A stretch of 64,000 bases of DNA from Octopus vulgaris (Eukaryota), in contig OX597816.1 of the NCBI GenBank assembly GCA_951406725.2, positions 4,340,001-4,404,000 on the forward strand, read 5' to 3'. Positions 26,427 through 39,962 of the stretch are shown here, one piece after another (the stretch's first letter is position 1; each line of letters begins with the position of its first letter). Below the pieces are notes generated by a model. The model did not search any database, had not been told where the DNA came from, and was given only the letters and a program-made list of their open reading frames with translations. The position numbers and the translations under genes are program-made.

Positions 26427-27519
26427 TGCATCGTTTATACAGGGTTTCTGCGAGTTAAGATGGCCGTTACTTAGTTCACAACGATTTATACGAGGCTCAC
26501 CTTCATTTTCCACTTTGATAAACAGGTTAGTCAAGCCTTAAGTTTGTTTAACTCCAACAGCAGGGTTTAAATACTGCATGCTTCGAAATTACAGATAGAC
26601 TCACGAGTGATATCCTTCTTTAAACTGGTAAATTCTTCTTACTCTGCAGCATCTGTCTTCTATCACTATTGGATCCCTTCCACCAAATGTTTCACTGTTT
26701 GTTCGCTCTCCTATACATCCGACCATCTGTCCTTGCTTTCCTAAAAATCATAATTTCTTACATAGACACAAGGTAAGAATGTGGTTGCGGTGGTGGTGGT
26801 GGTGGTGGTGCTGGTGTACGTCCAATTATGTTGCTGCTATACTTCAAAAGTAGGAGTGCTTCACTGGTTCTTATATTATTGATTGACCATAAAATAGTCG
26901 ATCGATAAAATAAGAAACATATCAATTCGTGCAATTTGCCGATCTCATTTTTTTTTTATAGAACCCGGAAATATCAAAATCAAAAGTGAACTAATTAATA
27001 ATGATATATATTCCTATCAGAATCTCTAAAAGAATATAATTTTTTATGGCAAATTTTGAGGCTGATTCAATATCGGGGTGGACTTGGAGCTGATTATATC
27101 GATCTTAATACAGTCATAATAGGTCAGAAACATGATGTATTCGGATAGATAACGAATAAGCGACTGAGATATTAACTGTTATATAATTACTAATACAGGA
27201 GGCAGAAGGAAACTCTCTCGTACTTGATATGGCCATTGTCGTGGTGCTAGTAAGTTTAGGCGGGTGGCTATGGTGCCTGCATGTAGCTGAGATTTTACCG
27301 TATACATTTCAGTTGCTTATAGGGTTTGAACTGGTGCACCCTGCGTTTGTTTAAAACAATTACCAAGAATTGTGAATCTGAGAGAGGTGTTCTACATCCG
27401 GCGGTGTGGTGGCAGAATCGCGGTCAGATTGAGCCAAGAAGTTTTTCGTATTTCAAGCTTTAATTAATTAATTAATAGTTCAAATAAATTACATATGAAA
27501 AGCGTTTATTCATAAAAAA

Positions 27520-28420
27520 AAAACCTATCATATTATAATGCCAGTTGCCATCGTTGTTGCAGAAGCTCATTTCTATACTTATGTCATTTGGTTGGTTTAG
27601 AGGCAAAAATTCTCCCTGCATCCATTTTCAACCTCATCCATATTGCTGAACCCCCGTCTATACAGGAAATGAGCTATGGTTCGCAAAATGCGATGATCTG
27701 ATGGTACAAGGTCTGGACTGTAGGCTGGATGAAGCAGCACTCTCAGCCCTTCAAATTCCTCAAGTTCGAGCTTGGTCAGATTGACAGTATGTGCTACGGC
27801 ATCTTTGATTGACCAATGCCAGGTAGCAGGCTTTTAAAGGAACATACACAGCCGGCAGTTGTTGAAAGTAAAGTTTAGCCTTCACAGCATGACCATCTGG
27901 GACAAACTCAAAGTGCAACACTCCCTCAAAATTCCACCAAACAAGCAACAAGACCTTTTTTCCAAACCGCCCTTGTTTGAGAACCGGTTCCGTCCGGAAC
28001 AAGGCCAATGATTTCTCTCATTAGGATTACGATCCATTTTCCATCCCTAGTTACAATTCGACGCCCAAAATGGATATCTCGAGGATTTGCCATCAGTTGT
28101 CTGCATATGTTGACGCGTCGTTGAACCTGTTTATTTCCCTCGACAGCATCTGTTCACAAGGTCGAGCTTATAAAAGATTTGATTTGTAGAGCTTTGTGAA
28201 GGACCAAGTTCTGCCGACAATGTACGAGTGCTTGTGCTTGGCTGTTGTTCGACCATTTCAAGCAAGGCCTCGTCTTCCACAACAGAAGGTCTCTCTGACC
28301 TCGGTTTGTCTTCAAGACTGGTGTCCCTATCCTAGAAACGTATGAACCAGTTTTGTGCCAGGCGTTCGTTAGCAGTTCCAGGGCCTCCCACATCATTATT
28401 TCCATTTTTTGGCCGCTACT
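27520..28420 (-). mobile_element. mariner (DD34D) transposase remnant
   Basis: KKVLLLVWWNFEGVLHFEFVPDGHAV, HPAYSPDLVPSD, RIVTRDGKWI (TGDEKW-like); frameshifted. Confidence 0.8.
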
Positions 28421-28934
28421 CTTTCACTCTTCTCTTTTTATCCACGGGTAGCGTAAAATGGTTCTAATTTCAATATTTCACATAACTCATTATCAAAGCC
28501 GTAACAGAAAGAATGCACAATTAATGTTAATTTGTTACAAGGGAAAATTATGAATGAGCAATTCTGCAGCGATTGGACAACGATTGGGCAACAAGTTGTA
28601 CCAAAATATTAAAGATATGAAATGGAGATGCAAGTTGCCAAAAATCATCAACAAAAATCCGAAAACAAAAAAAAAAGACTTTATATTAGTTAGAGACAAC
28701 AAGTGGTATTTAGTTGGGATTCTTTATGTTCTGAGTTCTTCTGCATCGTTTCCTTTACATTTTAAAAAAATTTCCATCCTCCTCCTTCTTATTTCTTATT
28801 TTCTTTATCTCTTTCTTTAATGTATTTTTTCTCATTCATAATTCTCTCCTTCATTATACTCTTCATTCTCTCTTCCTCTTCCTTCGTTTTTGTTTCACCT
28901 TTTCTCTCTTTTTTATCTTCTTTAACCGCCATTC

Positions 28935-28936
<2 letters not shown>

Positions 28937-28965
<29 letters not shown>

Positions 28966-29065
28966 CTTCTTCTTCTTCTTCTTCTTCTTCTTCTTCTTCT
29001 TCTTCTTCTTCTTCTTCTTCTTCTTCTTCTTCTTCTTCTTCTTCTTCTTCTTCTTCTTCTTCTTC
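28937..29065. repeat. (CTT)n microsatellite
   Basis: Directly visible. Confidence 0.98.
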
Positions 29066-29619
29066 CTTCTCATTTCCCTTCCTCTCCGTTCTTTCTTCTT
29101 TGCTTTCGCTGTTCCGTTTTCATTTCCAACGATTTTATTCCAATCTTTGTCTATTAATCTTCGACATTCTTCCGTTTCTTTTGTTGTTATTTTTCTCTTC
29201 ATAAGAACCGAACTCCTAAAAATAGCCACCATTTCACGCTCTCTTCCTGCTATTCTTCAAATATTCCGAATTAAAATATCAAATGGCATTCTGTCATTAA
29301 TTTTCGTTTGATTGATCTTTCACCTGTTGGTCTCCGTGACGGGAAACGGTTTTTCTCGCAATAATAATTTCCAATATGTTTAAAAAATTGTTCAAGAACC
29401 TTCGGATGTTGATCATCTTGGACAAATTGCATTTCTATGAGAGAAACAAAACCGTTTTCTCGAGATACAACTTCCTATTTACACAGAATATGAAATACAT
29501 ATATTTTTTAATAATATATTATTATTATTATTAATATAAGGAAATTAATATCCAAACTCATCAAACTTACTGTATTAAAATATATATATATAAATAATTA
29601 AATATAAAAATATAAATAT

Positions 29620-30100
29620 ATATAGAATCAGAAATATGAATTTCCAAACTTTGTTGCAATGCGTTCGTGATGTGTCCCTGCCTGTTGTTGGTGTTCCACA
29701 ACTTGTGAATAATATTCCCACACTCCACGAATGGAAACATTGTCAGAAAACATTTAGTAACCAATCCATGCAACACTCCTGCCATTTTTTCTTTTACACT
29801 CAATCAGTAATTGAGGTTTTATTGATTCGCTTCATTTCTTTTCGATGTCAGTTTTTTTTTTTTATTTATTTCGAGGTCAACGTTTACCATTTATAGCAAT
29901 ACTGCTGTTTTGGGCACTTCTCTATTGTAGGTTTTTAGGTTAGAACTGTTTACTCTCTGGCACTTTTTGTTTCATCTGTTCTTATGTAGTAAAAGGAAAT
30001 CTTTCCCCTTCGCCGGACCATGTAGCTATTGTCTTTCCTTTTTTTGTTTTGTTTTTGCTCTTTTCCTATACTTTTGAAATCGCTTGCTTTTGTGGCTACC
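29620..30100 (-). mobile_element. Possible very old Tc1-like transposase remnant
   Basis: Weak motifs ATWSGEGERF (WSDE.KF-like) and CMDWLLN..GVWE (DWP.NSPD..IE.VW-like). Confidence 0.3.
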
Positions 30101-30920
30101 TTTTATATATATTTTAGCCAGAATTTAAGGAAAATACCATTTCATGGTACGTTTCACTTCTTCCTGTATATAACGATTGATCTACATTATCGATTTTTAT
30201 GTCTTACAATAGCTGTTCCAATGCTGTGTTAGCGAGTGTGGACCTTGTGCCGGTAGCGGTCCTTCCACAACCAATTACAAAACCAAATCCAATATATTCT
30301 CCTTCCTCTGCATAAGTTTCTGCCTTTTTACTTATTCAGTTCTTGGCAAATTATCTAAAGTTGGGAATATACAGTTTCTTGTAGGTAAAGAAGTATTGTT
30401 ACATTTGTACACGATTTAACGACAATCCTTTCTTAAACACTTTTCATTTGCTAGTTCTTTATAATAAGCTGTATTTGTGTCGTATTTGTCTCTTCTACAA
30501 CCTTCCGTTATTGATTTCCACGAGTCGAAAGTATTATTTTATTTATATTTTCTCTACACCTTTTGTCTCTTTCAGTTTATTGTTTGTTTGTACCGGATAT
30601 GTCTTCAGAAATTACTCATTCTGCTCTGTGACAAACGCAGTGGTTGCATCAATCATTTATTCTGGCGATATTGATGTTTCTATTGATTTCTAATTAGTTC
30701 ATAATTGAGAAATTTGCAATTTCAAAACTGCTGTTGTTGTTATTTTATCGCTACAGTCTGTCTGAGGAAAGATCCTCCATTTGTTCGTAAGATCTATTCT
30801 GCAATTTAATTCTTAAAATATTTTAACCTTTATATTATGATATTAAATTATCCGTGGATATTCTATAGTTTAATTAGAAACAACCGCATTTTAAGCGTTT
30901 TATTTATAATATATATATAT

Positions 30921-31152
30921 ATATTTCTTTACTGCCCACAAGGGGCTAAATACAGAGGGGAAAAACAAGGACAGACAAACGGATTAGGTCGATTACATCG
31001 ACCCCAGTGTGAAACTGGTACTTTATTTATCGACCCCGAAAGGATGAAAGGCAAAGTCGACCTCGGCGGAATTTGAACAGGACGCAATGGCAGACGAAAT
31101 ACGGCTACGCATTTCGGCCGGCGTGCTAACGGTTCTGCCAGCTCGTCGCCTT
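30921..31152 (-). mobile_element. SINE family A
   Basis: Full reverse-complement copy. Confidence 0.9.
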
Positions 31153-31204
31153 ATATATAAAATATATATATGCATATTTACAAATAATATATACACTACC
31201 CAAA

Positions 31205-31410
31205 GCAGAGAGCTGACAGAATCGTTAGCACGCCGGGCAAAATGCTGAGCGCTATTTCCTCCAATCTACTTGAACTGAGTTCAAAATCTGCCGAGGTCGA
31301 TTTTGCTTTCCATTCTTTAGGGGTCGATGAAATAAGTTCCAGCTGAACACTGAGGTCGATGTAATAGATTTGCTCCCGCCCCCGAAATTGCTGGCCTTGT
31401 GTCAAAATTT
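31205..31410 (+). mobile_element. Diverged SINE family A-related copy
   Basis: GAGCTGACAGAATCGTTAGCACGCCGGG head and GGGGTCGATGAAATAAG central domain. Confidence 0.75.
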
Positions 31411-31517
31411 AAAATTAAAATATTCATTATCTGATTTTATATACACAACATAACAGAATAAATTGAATGAACTGAACGATTGAAATCACTGAAATAGAAT
31501 ATTTTATCCATCGTCAG

Positions 31518-31787
31518 GGCGGCGAGCTGGCAGAATCGTTAACACGCCGGGCGAAATGCGTAGCCGTATTTCGTCTGCCGTTACGTTCTGAGTTCAAATT
31601 CCGCCGAGGTCGACTTTACCTTTCATCCTTTCGGGGTCGATTATATAAGTATCAGTTACGCACTGGGGTCGATATAATCAACTTAATCAGTTTATCTGTC
31701 CTTGTTTGTCCCCTCTGTGTGTAGCCCCTTGTGGGTTGTAAAGAAATTGGTATTTCGTCTGTCTTTATGTTCTGAGTTCAAATTCCA
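31518..31787 (+). mobile_element. SINE family A plus the start of a second body
   Basis: Full copy followed by GGTATTTCGTCTG...GAGTTCAAATTCC. Confidence 0.9.
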
Positions 31788-32824
31788 CAACAACGTCGAT
31801 GACGACGATGATGATGAAGATGATGATGATGTTACTGCTACTACTACTACTTCTGTTACCACTATTCATCATCGTCATCATTATCGTCGTCGTCATCGTC
31901 ATCGTCATCATCATCATTATCATCATCATGGACAGCAGCAGCAGCAGCGGTCCAAGAATTTGGACCTGGAGATCTCCATTTCCAGCGACTTTCGATGGCC
32001 ACCTCCCAGTGGTGTCGGGCGTAAACGAAGAGCCCTCGACTACAACAAGACGACCAAAGTTTTTGTTTCCAAGGTCTGGGGTCTCCCGCCCCTAAGCCCT
32101 AGACCATCACCTAATCACCCTTACCCGTCTTGTTGCTTAACAACAACAACAACAACCTACAACAGCAGCAGCAGCTGCTTGTGCAACGTTTCCCCATTGC
32201 TTGCAGAAATCACGAAATAAATTCCTTTTACAGAGGAATAGCCGAGGAAGAGACAGCGTAAAATATTATTTGCGGCTGGCCATTCCCAGGGACACCTTCT
32301 CCATGAAGAACATACAGTTAAGTATGTTGGAACTCACATATTTTTGCAGCTGATTTTTTTAATTGTAATTACTCAAGGATGGGCTTTGAATGTAAAACAA
32401 AATATTGTTCTCTGTTGGCCGTTCATCATTCAGTTAACGACCATTTCCACTAACATTTCCCCCCAACGTTCTCCGGTGAAGTCAAATAATTTCCAAAGCT
32501 TTAATTTTTAGCCGCCATGCTTGGCCGGTTTCAACTCACGTGGCAGCTAATGGTAATTGTTATGCTCTCCCAATTTTCATTGTTACACAACATTGATTTC
32601 GCAATCAAACAGGTTTCGGTTCTTTTAAAGTTTTTTTTATCTCAACACCCACCATCGCCAACAACAACAACAACAACAACAACAACAAGACTTATAACAG
32701 CTATACTAAAATAACAAGAATAATCAACGATGGCGTTGCCATAAATAACCAAAGTATGACAGAGTGCTAATGATAGCAAAAATTAATAGCGATAACAACA
32801 ACAACAACAATTTAAACAACAATG

Positions 32825-32856
<32 letters not shown>

Positions 32857-32879
32857 AATAATAATAATAATAATGATAA

Positions 32880-33436
32880 ATGCCCTGATGCAGTACCAGG
32901 CAGTGGCTCTCGTGGCTTCTGATCTTCACTGATCGGAAGTGTTATCATGTACATTGTTTTGTCTTGGTATAAAAGATGGGCTACAGCAAATATTCTGCTC
33001 AATACCACAGATTTACTTGTCAGTTGTTTGACCTTAGCCAGTTGACCATGTCCCTTAGTGGTTAACGATATGTGCATCTCTGATCACAAGCAGAAGTAGT
33101 GGGGGAGCATCATAGCCATGTGTTGAGAGGGATTCTTTGGGGTTTGGATAATTCACCTCTGGAAACTTGGGTGTTTCGTTCAACATCCTTAAACAACCCT
33201 TATTCAGGGACCTTTTGAGTGGGGTGGGTTACTCGACCAGAAGAAAATTCTAACTGGGCCCTACCTGCAAGGTCATGTGCTGTTTATCTTGATATAAGAT
33301 CACCATGTCACGCACATATGGTTGTGATGCATGTGCCTGGTGTACCCTTATCAGACGGGTAGTCATGATGGGTATGTTGGGCTTCGTATATTTTACCCCA
33401 GTGTCACTTTGATGGCATACTCTGCTCTCTCACTCA
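32880..33436 (+). mobile_element. Candidate non-autonomous retroposon of about 555 bp inserted in (TAA)n
   Basis: Sharp-edged non-coding block, more GC-rich than its flanks, bounded by (AAT)n on both sides; single copy here, so repeat status is inferred. Confidence 0.5.
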
Positions 33437-33454
33437 ATAATAATAATATAGATA

Positions 33455-33700
33455 TGACAGGTTAGCATGGGAGGTCGCTGAAAAAGGTAGTAGTAGTAGC
33501 AATAATTGTGAGAACCCTGGGAACTGTGAGTAAAAATCTTGAGAAGTGCATGGAACAAATAGGCGCTGCAATAAGGGTGGAGCACTTGCAGAAAACAGCA
33601 CTGCTTGGAATCGCTCGAATACTCTAGAAGGTGCTCGAAAAATCTTAAGCTGGGACAAGTATTTATGTAATATGTCTTGGTAACGACTTTGCATCTGTAC
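33455..33700 (+). pseudogene. R4/Dong-like element C-terminus (after the restriction-like endonuclease)
   Basis: IIVRTLGTVSKNLEKCMEQIG...EHLQKTALLGIARIL*KVLE matches the R4-clade end (LQK.ALLGTARILRKVL). Confidence 0.75.
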
Positions 33701-34744
33701 AACTGATTAATGTCGTTGAAAGTGTAATTCGGTAGAAAACGCCTGGATACACATAGAACCGCTGATAAATGTAATTATTATGGAAATGGGTTTGAGTGAA
33801 GCTCCAGTGCCAACAGACATAAGAAAAGATTGGAGACAGTACAAGAACTCTTTGCTCATAAGAGCAATTAAATTTCTCTCGACCGCAACAGTTTTTAAAA
33901 GGAGAAACGAATAAAAGTTCGAAGTCCTGGATCAATCATTTTGCTCCAAAATAACGACGAAGGATGGTCCTACATACTTATGCAAATCGAACGCTATGTT
34001 CGATCATCTTCTTGCATGTTATCGATCAACTCTGTAAGAGCTGACAAGAGGTCATCAGCAACAATATTTAATTGGTTGGGAATACGTCTGAAATGTTTTG
34101 AAGTAAAATAGTGCAGGCAAGAAATGACAATTATTTTTCCTGTTGCTTATAAGACCAAAGAAACTACAGAAGAAGCCTATAGCAAATTTAACCGACGTCA
34201 TTATCTACACAGAACATAGTTTCTCTGTTATAAACCGAAAATAAGCGAATACGATTCTGTGAAATTTAAAGTGCACAGATTTAAGACGAGAAATAAATTC
34301 AGCTGAATTAACTACCAACCAGTATATTACTGGTTAACTTACAACACAGAGATGGATTGGAAGATGGAACACGATAACAAGGCCAAACATTTGGGACAGA
34401 GCGATTTTGTTTTTGGATTACATTCTCTTGGATAAATATTGGTTTCAAATTTTAGCACAAGTCCAGCAGTTTTGTGGGAGGGCATAGGTCGACCCCAGTG
34501 CACAACTGGTACTTATTTTATCGACCCTGGATGGCAAAGTGGGCCTCGGCGGAATATGAATTCAGAACGTAAGTGCTCGGTTTTACTTTGCCCCGCGTGC
34601 TTAATGATTCACTCAGCTTGCCACATTCACTATTGAATAAATATTAACGTGGCACCTTGGGCAAGTGTCTTCTACTATAGCCTCGGGCCGACCAAAGCCT
34701 TGTGAGTGGATTTGGTAGACGGAAACTGAAAGAAACCCGTCGTA

Positions 34745-34805
<61 letters not shown>

Positions 34806-34806
<1 letters not shown>

Positions 34807-35326
34807 GGTCCCGGGTTGATTCGGGGTTAACCACAGTAAGTAAGGTACTCAATACATAGCAGAGTAAAATTAATTTATTATATAGAAGGAGCTTCTACAG
34901 GACTAGTACTGTTTCATTCAAGAGAAATCTTCAGGAAGCTATTTAACAAGAATTGTATTAGCATTTATACATTTAGGCAGGTTTAAAGGAGTGGTGGTGG
35001 GGGACTTTTTTGGGGGTAGGCATAGCGCAAAATATCATACTTGGGGGAGTGGTCAAGGAGTCAGTGGTAAGTTAGATGAAAGAATAGATAAATAAAAAAA
35101 TAAAAAAATAAAATAATAAAATAAAATAAAAAAAAAAAAAAAAATAAAATAATAAAAAAAAAAAAAATAAAAAAATAAAAAAATAAAAAAATAAAAAATA
35201 TATATAAAAAATATATATATAAAAAAATATATATATAAAAAAAGGGGGGATAGAGTTATAGGTAAATAAGGAGATTCTCACTTATACCTATACACATATG
35301 TATACGTATCTACACACATATATATA

Positions 35327-35370
<44 letters not shown>

Positions 35371-36463
35371 TATATACACATATACATACATATCTACATA
35401 CACACATACATACACCCGCCCACATATACAAATTTATACACATGCACATGCATATACCTGTCTACACAGGCCCTCTCCTTAACAAATTTTCAGAACACTC
35501 CCCAAATTGCATGCATAAGAAGTACGCGAACTACAAGAACTATAGACCTACCCGGCAACCTGATTGATGACAACCCCCCCCTACACCCCCCCCAACCCCA
35601 CTGTTCCCCTAGCACCCCCGATTACCTTTTCTCCTAAGACCTTTCACATATTGTATGTGCACGCTTGTATATGTGTATCGTATGTATGTATATATGTATA
35701 GAAATGCATGGGTACAGTAGGAATATACGCATGTATTATGTGTGTGTGTGTGTATGTATGCATGTAAAAATATATATATGTATATATATTTGCATATATG
35801 TATATATATATATATATGTATGTGCTTGTATGTGTGTGTGTGTGTATATATGTATATGTGTTTGTATGTATATGTGTATATACGTATATGCATATGTATG
35901 TGTAAATGTATGTGTTTATGTATGTGTATGTATGTATAAAATATTATATAATTAGGGCTTAGTAAAATAAAATAAATTACTTTGCCACATACTAAACTTT
36001 CTAGAAATAGCAGCCAATAAAGTTTTTTAGCCTCTTCCACTACTTAGAGAATTTTTTTCCCTCTAACATTGTTTACTCAAAATAATAATGGTCCCTTTAC
36101 ATACTGAATACTTGGTGAAATTGATTAATAACTAATTAACTTTACCCTCCCTTGTTGATATATATATATATATGTATATGTGTACATGTAAGTATATATG
36201 TGTGTGTGTGTATGTGTGTATGTATGTATTTGTATATGTGTGTGTGTATATGTATGTGCGCGCGTGTGTGTGTATGTATGTGTATGTATATTTGTATATG
36301 TATATGCATGTATATATATGTGTGTGTATATGTGTATTATGTATGTATTTATATAGATATGTAATTTATATATATATGTATGTATATGCATCTGTCTGTG
36401 TGTGTGTATGTGTATATATGTGTATCATTATTGCGCATGTATACATGTATATGTGTATATGTA

Positions 36464-36533
<70 letters not shown>

Positions 36534-36623
36534 TGTGTATGTACATGTATATATGTATGTGTGTGTATATATATATATGTTTATATGTGAGTATGTAGAG
36601 ATATAAGTATATGCATGTGTATA

Positions 36624-36654
<31 letters not shown>

Positions 36655-36820
36655 GTATGGGTATGTGTATCAGTGTATATGTATATATGTATGTGTGTGT
36701 ATGTATATGTATGTATATGTGTATATATGTATGTGTATATGTGTATATATGTGTATATATATATATATATGTATGTATGTGTATGTGTATGTATATGTAT
36801 GTGTGTATGTATATGTATGT

Positions 36821-36875
<55 letters not shown>

Positions 36876-37362
36876 TGCGCGTGTGTGTATGTATGCATAT
36901 ATGTATGTATGCATGTATATGTGTATGTATATATGTGTGTAAGTGTGTGCATATATGTATATGTAAGTATGTGTGCGTGTATGAGTATGTATGTATGCTT
37001 GCACACGTGTATATATGTGTGTGTGTGTATATATATGGATGCGCGTGCGTGTGTGCACGTGTATGGGTACGCATGTATATGTGTATGTGCGTGTATGTGT
37101 ATGTATGCATATATGTATGTATGCATGTATATGTGTATGTATATATGTGTGTAAGTGTGTGCATATATGTATATGTAAGTATGTGTGCGTGTATGAGTAT
37201 GTATGTATGCTTGCACACGTGTATATATGTGTGTGTGTGTATATATATGGATGCACGTGCGTGTGTGCACGTGTATGGGTACGCATGTATATGTGTATGT
37301 GCGTGTATGCGTATACGTGTATGTATGTATGTGTGTGCGTATATTTGTATATGTATGTGTGA

Positions 37363-37397
<35 letters not shown>

Positions 37398-37599
37398 TGG
37401 GGGTGTGTGTATGCGTATAAATGCATGTAAGTATGGATGTATGGATGTATGTATGTATGTATACGTATGTATGTGTTTGTGTGTATATGTATGTATGTGT
37501 GTGTATGTGTGTATATATATATATATGTGTGTATATATGTTTGTGTATGTATATATATGTGTATGTATGTGTGTGTATATATATGTGTGTGTGTGTATG

Positions 37600-37653
<54 letters not shown>

Positions 37654-38042
37654 TATGTATCTGTATGTAGGAGCATATGTGTGTGTGTGTATGTATATGT
37701 GTATATGTATATATATGTATATTTATTGGTGTATATGTATAGACTAGCCTCCTAAAGTGTAGACACGAATCTGTAGGTACGAGTACGTATGTGTATATAC
37801 GTGAACGTATGTAGATGTTTGTATGTATGAATATAACGCGTGCGTACGTGTATGTGTATGAGTGTACGAATGGGTGAATGTACGTGCTAATGAGTGTGCG
37901 TGCGGGAATGAGTACTTGCCTTCTAGTAGACAGACAAATGGACATGCTGCCATAGCCAGGATCCTTAGCTCTAGCGATCAAAGATAACAAAAGTAATAAA
38001 TGAAGATAATAAAATTAAAATTAGGGAATGGGCCTGTATTGG

Positions 38043-38085
<43 letters not shown>

Positions 38086-38190
38086 GTGTATGTGTAGGTA
38101 TGTATAGGTACACATGTGTATGTGTGTGTGTATGTATATGTGTATATGTATGTATGTGCACACATGTATATATATGTATGCGTGTATATG

Positions 38191-38223
<33 letters not shown>

Positions 38224-38527
38224 GTACATATGTGTATGTGGGTGTATGTATATATAGGTGTAAATATGTGTATATAGGGAACTAGGTGTGTTGTGTGTGC
38301 ATGAGTGTATGTGCGTATGAATATATATTTTTCTGTGTATATATGTATGTGTGGTCGTGTGTGTATATATATACATGTGTGTATGCGTGCATGCATGGGA
38401 GTGAGTGTATGCATATATACGTGTGTGTATGTGTAGACAGGTATATGCATGTGCATGTGTATAAATTTGTATATGTGGGCGGGTGTATGTATGTGTGTAT
38501 GTAGATATGTATGTATATGTGTATATA

Positions 38528-38562
<35 letters not shown>

Positions 38563-39006
38563 GAGTATATATATGTGTGTAGATACGTATACATATGTGT
38601 ATAGGTATAAGTGAGAATCTCCTTATTTACCTATCACTCTATCCCCCCTTTTTTTATATATATATTTTTTTATATATATATTTTTTATATATATTTTTAT
38701 ATTATTTTTTATTTTTTTATTTTTTTATTTTATTTTTTATTTTTTTATTTTTTTATTTTTTTATTTTATTATTTTATTTTTTTATTTTTTTATATATCTA
38801 TTCTTTCATCTAACTTACCACTGACTCCTTGACCACTCCCCCAAGTATGATATTTTGCGCTATGCCTACCCCCAAAAAAGTCCCCCACCACCACTCCTTT
38901 AAACCTGCCTAAATGTATAAATGCTAATACAATTCTTGTTAAATAGCTTCCTGAAGATTTCTCTTGAATGAAACAGTACTAGTCCTGTAGAAGCTCCTTC
39001 TATATA

Positions 39007-39012
<6 letters not shown>
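34806..39012 (+). mobile_element. Penelope-like insertion with inverted pseudo-LTR (arms of about 590 bp), ORF tail, microsatellite-rich interior and hammerhead
   Basis: 34873-35468 is the near-identical reverse complement of 38430-39012; 35469-35567 encodes [16 protein letters not shown] (Naiad-like LNKRSE..C.H end). Confidence 0.75.
38945..38995 (+). ncRNA. Type I hammerhead ribozyme motif; mirror copy on the minus strand at about 34890-34940
   Basis: AGCTTC-CTGAAGA-tTTC tctt GAAt-GAA-ACAG tactagtc CTGT-A-GAAGCT: 6-bp stem I, 4-bp stem III, GUA triplet. Confidence 0.75.
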
Positions 39013-39046
<34 letters not shown>

Positions 39047-39962
39047 GTGTGTGTGTGTTTGTGTGTCTGTGTTTGTCCCTCTAGCATTGCTTGACAACCG
39101 ATGCTGGTGTGTTTATGTCCCCGCTGCTTGATTAAAGGCGGTGCTCCAACATGGCCGCCGTCAAATGACTGAAACAAGTAAAAGAGTAAAAGAGTAAATA
39201 CTGAAATTCCATCATGAAAGTTTCCTATTACTTCAAGCGTTTGTTAGAGGCAGAAATGGAAGCATTTATTAAATATAACTCAACCTGATCATACATATTC
39301 CGTGTTGTGTTGTAGTGTGTATATGAGTTATAAACTGAATTTGTTTCACTAAACGAGAAAGATGTAGGTTTTATTGAAATTGGCTGCGATATTCTAATGC
39401 TTTTGTTAAAAAAAGAGGTACCTCCCATCCAAAAAACACTACAGAATCCATACTTAGAAACCACCTTTATAAACTTGTATGAATTTACTTAATGTGTGTC
39501 CGTGCAAATAGAATACCTATGATAAAGGTAATTGCATTCTTTCACTATTTTTCGAGTTTGAACATCTGCCGTACAAATTAATACTTCCCAAAATATTATT
39601 TAGATTTTTGAAAATGTCATCTTATTTTATGGTCATGTGACTGTAGTTTTGTAACATTAAAAATAATTTTGTTTATTCCATAATTTCAGTAGTTTCCTTT
39701 ACCTTCAGTTATGTTCCCTAATTTCAATATTTCCTACGATTCTTCTGAAAGCAGATTCTTCATAAAGGTTCGTTAAATTCTTATGTTTGAAGTAACTGAG
39801 AAGCATGTGATGTCTACTTAATATGGAATTGAAGTAATAAACATATTTCCTTTTGTCAAGGAGTTGGTTCAAATTTTTAGGGTTAATGAAAATTTCCAAA
39901 AGAGATTAAATTAATTATTCTATTAACCTATCAAAGGTATGTTTAATAACCACACTATATCA

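Larger units (their letters stand above)
34648..39197 (+). mobile_element. SINE family B split at its TA tract by a 4.2-kb insertion
   Basis: 5' part at 34648-34805; 3' part resumes at about 39040-39197. Confidence 0.8.

Noticed and set aside
26658-26772. Exon candidate ending in AAG|GTAAGA
   Set aside because: The donor lies in a degenerate repeat tail (ATTTCT..TAGACAC.AG, also at about 4167), and no recognisable protein is encoded
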